From Actinomycetota bacterium (GTDB lineage: Bacteria; Actinomycetota; Actinomycetes; JAKEEW01), in the NCBI GenBank assembly GCA_046735375.1, contig JBKPTD010000080.1, positions 36,816-100,815 on the forward strand: 64,000 nt of DNA. The letters run 5' to 3'. Position 1 is the stretch's first letter. Each line of letters opens with the position of its first letter. The position numbers were made by a program, and so were the translations under genes. Shown here in pieces: positions 57,855 to 64,000 of this stretch. A model generated the notes under the pieces. That model made no database searches. It saw nothing but the letters and a program-made list of their open reading frames with translations, and was not told where the DNA came from.

Positions 57855-58955
57855 TCAGTCGCCGACCCCGGCCCGGTCTAGGGCCTCGGAGACTGTACGC
57901 AGGGCTGCGAGGCGCTCGTCCAGCGCCCCCGCAAATGGCGTCACCGACATTGTGGTGACGCCCGCGTCCGCGAAGGCACGCAGTCGATCGGCGATGCGAT
58001 CGGTTGTGCCGAGCAGCGAGGTCTGGTCGATCAGACTGGGCGGGACAGCCGCGGCGGCCTTCCGGTGTTCCTTTTCGAGGTAGCGCGCCTGGATCTCGTC
58101 GGCGGCTTGGTCAAAGCCCATCCGGCGGGCGAGCTGGTTGTAGAAGTTCTGGTCGCGACTGCCCATACCGCCGATGTAGAGAGCGAAGTAATGACGGACC
58201 GGGTCCGCGCAGATATCGAGATCGTCGCCGACAACAAGTGGCACTGACGCGTTGACGTCGAAGCCGGAGCTCTGGACGGACGCTGAGTCGGGCGCCGCGG
58301 AGCTCGCGGCCGCCGGCTGGGGCGTCGCCGATGAGGCCCGTCCTCGGGCGATTTCGGCCAGCCACCCGGCCGCGTGGTCTGGCGAAAAGAAGATGGCGAG
58401 CCAGCCGTCCGCGATCTCGCCGGTGAGCCGCAAATTCGCCGGCCCGATCGCAGCGAGATAAATAGGCACCTGGGTCCGGACCGGGTGAAACGCGAGCCGG
58501 AGCGTCTTGCCGGCCCCGCCAGGAAGCGGCAGCGGATAGTGCTCGCCGTCGGCCGTCACGGGCCTTCTCGCCAGCGCAGTGCGCACGACGCCGACGTACT
58601 CACGGGTCCTCGCGAGCGGCCTCGCGAACCGCACACCATGCCAACCCTCAGAGACTTGGGGCCCGGACACACCAAGCCCGAGCCGGAACCTTCCACCGGA
58701 AAGCGCGTCGAGGCTCGCGGCTGTCATCGCGGTCATCGCCGGACTGCGGGCTGGGATCTGGAACACGCCGGAGCCGAGGCCGATGCGTTCGGTCTGGCTC
58801 GCAAGCCACGCAAGGGTGGTCGCCGCATCCGACCCGTAGGCCTCGGCCACCCAGCACACCACGAAGCCGAGCTGCTCGGCCTCCCGGGTCAGCGCGAGCA
58901 CGTCGGCCAGGTCCTGCTGGCTCGACCAGTAGCCAATATTGAGGCCGAGTTGCAT
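57855..58955 (-). CDS. Luciferase-like (LLM-class, probably F420-dependent) oxidoreductase
   Basis: MQLGLNIGYW.. TIM-barrel LLM pattern. A low-complexity Ala/Ser/Pro stretch of about 22 aa occurs mid-protein. Confidence 0.8.
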   Translation of the reverse strand: MQLGLNIGYWSSQQDLADVLALTREAEQLGFVVCWVAEAYGSDAATTLAWLASQTERIGLGSGVFQIPARSPAMTAMTAASLDALSGGRFRLGLGVSGPQVSEGWHGVRFARPLARTREYVGVVRTALARRPVTADGEHYPLPLPGGAGKTLRLAFHPVRTQVPIYLAAIGPANLRLTGEIADGWLAIFFSPDHAAGWLAEIARGRASSATPQPAAASSAAPDSASVQSSGFDVNASVPLVVGDDLDICADPVRHYFALYIGGMGSRDQNFYNQLARRMGFDQAADEIQARYLEKEHRKAAAAVPPSLIDQTSLLGTTDRIADRLRAFADAGVTTMSVTPFAGALDERLAALRTVSEALDRAGVGD

Positions 58956-59047
58956 CCGCCTCTCCTCCAAGGCGCCGCTGACTGATGCCTGGAAACCTAT
59001 CCATCCAGCCACGCCGTGCCCCCGGCGGTGGGGTAGCCTCCGCGGCC

Positions 59048-60004
59048 ATGGAGCAGCGTCACCTGGGGCGGAGCGGGCTGCTCATATCCAGGCTCGGGCT
59101 GGGCACGTTGGGGTGGGGCCGCGAGGTCGACGCCGACGAGGCCAAGACCATACTCGCCGCCTTCGTCGATGCCGGTGGAAGCCTCGTGGATACCGCAGCG
59201 GGCTACGGCGATGGCGATAGCGAGCGGACCATAGGGGCTTTGCTTGCCGAGGGACTGGTCACCCGTGATGAGTTGGTCCTGGCAACCAAAGCAGGCGTCG
59301 CGCGTCGCGGTGCCGAGCGGCAGGTCGATGCCTCCCGCCGGACGCTGCTTGCGACGCTCGACGCATCGCTGGACCGGCTCAGGACCGACCACATCGATCT
59401 GTGGCTGGTCCACCGCTGGAGTCCCCTGACGCCGCTGGATGAGACACTGTCCGCCCTCGACCACGCGGTTGGCTCGGGCCGTGTTCGCTATGCCGGGGTG
59501 GCGGACTTCACCGGATGGCAAAGCGCGCGGGCTGCGACATGGCAGGCCGCCGTCCCCGGAAGGACCGTTCTCGTGGCGCTCGGCGCCGAGTATTCCCTAG
59601 TCAACCGCAACGCCGATCGTGAGCTGCTCCCGGCCTGCGTCGACCTTGGACTCGGGCTGCTGGCGTGGTCGCCCCTCGGCCGAGGTGTTCTGACCGGGAA
59701 ATACCGCCATGGCACGCCATCCGACTCGCGCGCGGCCTCGCCGCAGTACGAGGCGTTCGTCTCGCGCTATCTCGACAACCGGCCCCGGCGGATCGTCGAT
59801 GCTGTGGCCACGGCGGCGGATGGACTCGGGGTATCCCCTGTCGGTGTCGCGCTGGCCTGGATACGCGACCGACCCGGGGTGGCGGCGCCGATCGTTGGCG
59901 TCCGTACCGCCTCGCAGCTAGCGGCCGCGCTGGCCAGCGAGGACGTCACGATCCCCGACGAGATCAGGGCAGCTCTGGACGACGTGTCAGAACCCCCCGA
60001 ATAA
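59048..60004 (+). CDS. Aldo/keto reductase
   Basis: LGRSGLLISRLGLGT..DTAAGYG..DLWLVHRW pattern. Confidence 0.9.
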   Translation: MEQRHLGRSGLLISRLGLGTLGWGREVDADEAKTILAAFVDAGGSLVDTAAGYGDGDSERTIGALLAEGLVTRDELVLATKAGVARRGAERQVDASRRTLLATLDASLDRLRTDHIDLWLVHRWSPLTPLDETLSALDHAVGSGRVRYAGVADFTGWQSARAATWQAAVPGRTVLVALGAEYSLVNRNADRELLPACVDLGLGLLAWSPLGRGVLTGKYRHGTPSDSRAASPQYEAFVSRYLDNRPRRIVDAVATAADGLGVSPVGVALAWIRDRPGVAAPIVGVRTASQLAAALASEDVTIPDEIRAALDDVSEPPE

Positions 60005-60013
60005 GCGGCCATC

Positions 60014-61639
60014 ATGACCGACAGGTCGGCGAACGCGACGATCAGCGCTCTGCTCGCGCTCGGGCTACCCGAGCGCATCGCGATTCCGCTGCAAGCCGCC
60101 CTCGGCCACGATGCAGCGGAGATCGTCGCCTCCGATCCGTGGGCAGTCCTGGCCGTCGTCTCGGTGCAACCCGAGCAAGTGGACGCATATGCGCGATCCC
60201 GGCTGGGCGCGACCGCCCGACCTGACGACCAGCGCCGGCAGGTCGCACTTCTCCGTTGGCTCCTTGCGAGGGCAGCCAGAGACGGCCACACGGTGCTGCC
60301 ACAACGCGTGGCCGAGTTCGCGTTGGCCGGCTATGGCGTGGATGCGAAGGACGCGACCGGCACGGCTACAGCGCAGGGCGAGGTCGCTGAGGTCGATTGG
60401 CCCGGCGGTGGACTAGCGCTGACCGGCCTCGCGATGGCGGAGCAGGCCATCGCCGATGAGGTGCGCCCGCGGCTCGCACTCCATGCTGGCGCCGATCCGG
60501 TCGCCAACGACAGCGGCGGCTCCGGCGGTCTCGAGCTCATCGCTGGTCCGGCCGGACCAGCGAGGGATGCTACTGTCCGCGGCCGGGTAGCGCGAGCACG
60601 GGCGGACAGCACGACGGTGATGCTCGCAGCCCCCACTCTCGGCGCGGCGGCACGCTTGTCCGACATCGCGTCCTGCCCGGCCATACCGGTTCGCGAAGCG
60701 GCCGCCGCCTTGACTGACGCATCGCCGCCACCCGGCCTGCTCCTTATCGAGGATGCGCACGCCATCGATGTGAGCACGATGGCGCAGCTGCTGGTGGCCC
60801 TTCGGTCAGTGCCGACCGTTGTGCTGGCGGCGGACCCGCTGGCCCTCATGTCGGTGGACGGCCCCGGCGACGTCGCCGGAGATCTGGCGGCCTGGTTGCA
60901 GCGCACGGAGCCACGGCCGGACACGCGGCCGCCGGAGCCACCGTCGCGCGGGGCGGTGGCGTCGATCGACGATTTGGTCCGGGCAGTCGGCCAGGGCGTC
61001 CTGCCGCCAGTCGAATCACCAGACAAGGAGGTCGTCGTTATTCCAGTAGGCGACGCCTCCGAGGCGCTTCACCGCACCCTTCAGCTCGTGACGGATGCCA
61101 TTCCGCGTGCGCTCGGCATCCGGGCGACCGACGTCATGGTTCTGACCCCCGCGGTCAAGGGCGTGGCCGGCGCCGCGATGCTGAACAAGGCACTCAAGTC
61201 GCGCCTCAATCCTGGCCGCGGCTCCATCGCCGGTTTTGAGCCGGGCGACCGGGTGGCGTTCACTGCCCCCGTCGGGCACGCTGCAGCCGGCGACGTCGGC
61301 GTGATCGCCGATGCCCCCGAGTCCGACCTCGTCATCGACGTTGCCGGCGAGATTATGGCGATTCCTGAAGGTGCGGAGACGCCGATTCAGCATGCCTATA
61401 CCCTCACGATCGCCCGGGGACAGGCAGGTCGGTGGCCTGCTGTCGTCGTCGTGCTGCCCGGCGAGTCCGCCGGTCTGCTGTGCCGTTCCCTGGTTCGGAC
61501 TGCCTTCAGCCGTGCCCAACGGCACCTGTCTGTCGTCCATGCTGCGGGACCTACACTCGGGCGCGCGGTCACGCACGGCTACGACCGGCGTCGACGAACC
61601 CTGCTCGGCGGGCTTCTGGACGGCGGCCCACCGCGATAG
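60014..61639 (+). CDS. RecD2-like SF1B helicase homologue with degenerate ATPase motifs
   Basis: N-terminal HhH-like region. It is collinear with RecD2, but the motifs are replaced: GPAGPARDAT (for GPGTGKT), APTLGAAARL (APTGRAAKRL), IEDAHAI (VDEASM), ADPLALMSVDGPG (GDxDQLPSVGPG), and TIARGQAGRWPAVVVVL (TIHKSQGSEfpaVv). Confidence 0.7.
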   Translation: MTDRSANATISALLALGLPERIAIPLQAALGHDAAEIVASDPWAVLAVVSVQPEQVDAYARSRLGATARPDDQRRQVALLRWLLARAARDGHTVLPQRVAEFALAGYGVDAKDATGTATAQGEVAEVDWPGGGLALTGLAMAEQAIADEVRPRLALHAGADPVANDSGGSGGLELIAGPAGPARDATVRGRVARARADSTTVMLAAPTLGAAARLSDIASCPAIPVREAAAALTDASPPPGLLLIEDAHAIDVSTMAQLLVALRSVPTVVLAADPLALMSVDGPGDVAGDLAAWLQRTEPRPDTRPPEPPSRGAVASIDDLVRAVGQGVLPPVESPDKEVVVIPVGDASEALHRTLQLVTDAIPRALGIRATDVMVLTPAVKGVAGAAMLNKALKSRLNPGRGSIAGFEPGDRVAFTAPVGHAAAGDVGVIADAPESDLVIDVAGEIMAIPEGAETPIQHAYTLTIARGQAGRWPAVVVVLPGESAGLLCRSLVRTAFSRAQRHLSVVHAAGPTLGRAVTHGYDRRRRTLLGGLLDGGPPR

Positions 61640-61779
61640 GGCTCGCATGTGCGCAGTGGTTCGATCGGCACATCCCGACGAATAAGGCGACGGCAAACCG
61701 ATGAGTTTCCGCTCTCACTGTCGTTTCATGCGGAAAGCGGCCGATTGGGGCCGTCGATGACACGAGAGGACGGTGCATC

Positions 61780-62253
61780 ATGCAGAAGATCACTCCGTGC
61801 CTATGGTTCGACACACAAGCCGAAGAGGCGGCGACCTTCTATTGTTCCGTGTTCAAGAATGCGCGGATCGTGGAGATCTCCCGGTATGGGGAAGCGGGAC
61901 CGCGACCTGCGGACATGGTCCTGACGGTGGCATTCGAGCTGGACGGCCAGGAGTTCGTCGCGCTGAACGGCGGCCCAGAGTTCACGTTCAACGAGGCTGT
62001 GTCCTTTCAGGTGAACTGCCAGTCCCAGGCGGAGGTCGATGAGTTCTGGGAGCGGCTCTCCGACGGCGGCGAGACCGGGCCGTGCGGCTGGCTGAAGGAC
62101 AAGTACGGCGTGTCATGGCAGGTAATCCCCACCAGGCTGAGTGAGCTGCTCTCCGATCCCGACGCCGAGAAAGCTCAGCGCGTCATGAAGGCCATGCTCC
62201 AAATGGGCAAGATCGAGATCGCGGAGCTTGAGCGGGCAGCCGAGCAGGTGTGA
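61780..62253 (+). CDS. VOC-superfamily protein (PhnB / 3-demethylubiquinone-9 3-methyltransferase-domain type)
   Basis: MQKITPCLWFD..AEEAATFYCSVF..GPCGWLKDKYGVSWQ is the hallmark of this family. Confidence 0.88.
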   Translation: MQKITPCLWFDTQAEEAATFYCSVFKNARIVEISRYGEAGPRPADMVLTVAFELDGQEFVALNGGPEFTFNEAVSFQVNCQSQAEVDEFWERLSDGGETGPCGWLKDKYGVSWQVIPTRLSELLSDPDAEKAQRVMKAMLQMGKIEIAELERAAEQV

Positions 62254-62259
62254 GTCCGC

Positions 62260-62290
62260 TGCGGCACCGACCTGACGGGTCGGTGCCGCA
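62260..62290 (+). terminator. Stem-loop terminator candidate (12-bp perfect stem, no U-tract)
   Basis: TGCGGCACCGAC-ctgacgg-GTCGGTGCCGCA starts 7 nt after the stop codon at 62253. Confidence 0.55.
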
Positions 62291-62420
62291 CCCTTCCCAG
62301 GCTGAGCCGGGACGACGAGGCAGCGATCAGACATGCGTGCGCACGCCCTGTCGAATCTGCGAATCAGCGAGGCCTGCGTACGCCCGCGCGATCACGAGGC
62401 GGGGTGGCATAGTCGGGCAG

Positions 62421-62831
62421 ATGAATGATCAGGCTCCGGTACGCCAGCTGCGGCTGGTCGTCACGGCCCCCGACTATGACGAGGCGCTGCGCTTCTATCG
62501 CGATGTGCTCGGACTGACGGAGCAGGCGACGTACACGTCGCCCGACGATGGGCGGGTGGCAATTCTGGAAGCCGGCGCGGCGACCCTAGAACTCGCCGAT
62601 CCCGCATACGCCGCGTACATCGATGAGGTCGAGGTGGGCCGCAGAGTCGCCGGCCACATACGGGTCGCCTTCGAGGTAACGGACACCGCCGAGGTGAGCG
62701 CCCGCCTAGCCGGCGCGGGCGCGGAGATCATCGCACCGCCGACCCGCACGCCGTGGGAGTCGCTGAACGCGCGGCTCGCCGCCCCAGCCGATCTCCACGT
62801 GACGATATTCGCGGAACTCGGCGAACCCTGA
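62421..62831 (+). CDS. VOC-family (glyoxalase/bleomycin-resistance fold) protein
   Basis: LRLVVTAPDYDEALRFYRDVLGL.. pattern. The ATG at 62421 gives 136 aa. Confidence 0.8.
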   Translation: MNDQAPVRQLRLVVTAPDYDEALRFYRDVLGLTEQATYTSPDDGRVAILEAGAATLELADPAYAAYIDEVEVGRRVAGHIRVAFEVTDTAEVSARLAGAGAEIIAPPTRTPWESLNARLAAPADLHVTIFAELGEP

Positions 62832-62857
62832 CCGACGAGGAAGCGAGCGGCATTTGT

Positions 62858-63514
62858 CTAGAGGGCGGTGTCGTCGCCCTCCTCGAGCTCCTCAATGCCG
62901 GTGGTGAAGATCTCGTCTACGCGATAGATGAGCTTGTCCTCGTCGATGTTGCTGAACGGGTCGTCCATCCACTCCTCGCCTTCGGTTGGCGCGGCAGCCA
63001 GCAGCCAGGTGGTTGCGCCCTTCCTCGTGAGGCCGAACTCCTCGGCCCGATCAACGAGAACGTCGTGACCATAGGCGTCCAAAAGCTGCCCAAACGCATC
63101 GCCGAGGTCCGCGGCTTCCTCTGACTGCTCCTCGGCGTCCTGCACCCACGACTGGTTTGTGGCAACCCGGCCAGCATCCATCAGCCCATCGCGATCACCG
63201 ACGGCGAAGTCCCAGCGCGCGAGCATAGACACCCACTCGGGCTCGACCTGGTATTCCTCGTCCTCCACCAGATCGAGCGTTCGAGTACCTTCGCTGAAGA
63301 CGAACGGCGTGACCTCGTCATGCACCTCGAAGAGCAGGTCGTCGTACCGCTGCGCGGCGTCGTGCAGTGCCGTGTAGGCGTCCTGGACGACGGGGTCGGA
63401 CTCGCCGCTGCGCGCCTCGACGGCGGCGAGGTGGCTGTCGACCGCGCGTTTCAGCGCGTCGGCGGCCCTACGGACGTCGTTTCCCCCACCGGCGGCCATC
63501 GGGGCATCGGTCAT
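62858..63514 (-). CDS. Acidic hypothetical protein (218 aa)
   Basis: Coding-type GC3 and a strongly acidic composition. No family was recognised. Confidence 0.6.
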   Translation of the reverse strand: MTDAPMAAGGGNDVRRAADALKRAVDSHLAAVEARSGESDPVVQDAYTALHDAAQRYDDLLFEVHDEVTPFVFSEGTRTLDLVEDEEYQVEPEWVSMLARWDFAVGDRDGLMDAGRVATNQSWVQDAEEQSEEAADLGDAFGQLLDAYGHDVLVDRAEEFGLTRKGATTWLLAAAPTEGEEWMDDPFSNIDEDKLIYRVDEIFTTGIEELEEGDDTAL

Positions 63515-63603
63515 GGACGGTTACGCTACCCCGGCTATCCGCCCTGGTCTGCCTCGTGAACGCAACCGGCCGACTGTATGCAGATTCGCGTCGGCGCGCG
63601 GTC

Positions 63604-64000
63604 TTAGCAGGTCGCGAGGAAGCGGCCGAGCACTCTCGTACCGAACGTCAGTGCATCGACAGGAACGCGTTCATCGACCCCGTGGAACATGCCGGCGAAG
63701 TCCAGGTCCGGAGGAAGCCGCAGCGGCGCGAAACCGAAGCAGCGGATGCCGAGCCGCGAAAAGGACTTGGCGTCGGTGCCTGCGGACACCATGTACGGGA
63801 TGGCACGAGCGCCGGCGTCCTCGGCGACAAGGGCGGCCGCCATGGCGTCGACCAGATTCCCGCTGAAGTCCGTTTCGACGGCGATGTCATGGTAGACGGA
63901 CTCCCGCCGTATCTGCGGGCCGAGCACCTCGTCAAGCTCGGCGAAGAACTCCTCCTCGTGGCCAGGCAGGAAACGGCCGTCGACATAGGCCTCCGCACGG
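63604..64000 (-). CDS. M20/M25/M40-family metallopeptidase, C-terminal part (5' end off the window)
   Basis: The frame is open to the window edge (..AEAYVDGRFLPGHEEEFFAELDEVLGPQ..). The C-terminus reads SAGTDAK..FGFAP..FHGVDERVPV. Confidence 0.8.
   Translation of the reverse strand, partial: RAEAYVDGRFLPGHEEEFFAELDEVLGPQIRRESVYHDIAVETDFSGNLVDAMAAALVAEDAGARAIPYMVSAGTDAKSFSRLGIRCFGFAPLRLPPDLDFAGMFHGVDERVPVDALTFGTRVLGRFLATC

Noticed and set aside
61640-61700. GTGGTTCGATCGGCAC resembling a tRNA T-arm (GGTTCGA)
   Set aside because: No acceptor, D or anticodon stems can be drawn around it. There is only a 6-bp ATGTGC/GCACAT hairpin, most likely a stem-loop after the RecD-like gene.

Overview
High-GC (roughly 70%) actinobacterial chromosomal segment, about 90% coding, with no rRNA, tRNA, CRISPR or transposase/integrase genes recognised. 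The backbone is the Pup-proteasome neighbourhood. Its gene order matches what I recall for Mycobacterium tuberculosis: 5'-3' exonuclease, helY, tatC/tatA, pafC/pafB, pafA, prcA/prcB, pup, dop, arc(mpa), trmI, RecB-like nuclease, metH, PAC2-family protein, mshC, SCO1664-family/DUF3090/phosphomutase triad, uppP, M20 peptidase. Several accessory blocks interrupt this backbone. (1) A DUF3866-like gene and a double-FKBP lipoprotein lie between pafBC and pafA. (2) A block of about 10 kb lies between pafA and prcA. It holds a yefM-yoeB toxin-antitoxin pair, a STAND(NB-ARC)-TPR-LuxR regulator with no canonical start codon, two decayed gene remnants, and a compact six-gene cluster (HAD, two GT4 glycosyltransferases, Cys-less PTPS/QueD-like protein, Zn-ADH, GTP-cyclohydrolase-II-fragment::RibD_C reductase). 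I interpret the cluster as an uncharacterised GTP/pterin-derived glycoside pathway. (3) An unknown 248-aa protein and a PIG-L deacetylase lie between dop and arc. (4) A block holds a 2 x 120-bp tandem repeat, a HisKA_3/NarL two-component system, an M55 peptidase, a MacB-type ABC exporter and a HAD hydrolase. (5) A five-gene poly-gamma-glutamate-type operon (double sensor-HAMP protein, pgsB, pgsC, NlpC/P60, capA) lies between mshC and the SCO1664-family gene. A RecD2-like ORF whose motor motifs are all degenerate is also present. All functional calls come from reading the translated ORFs for family motifs; no database search was run.
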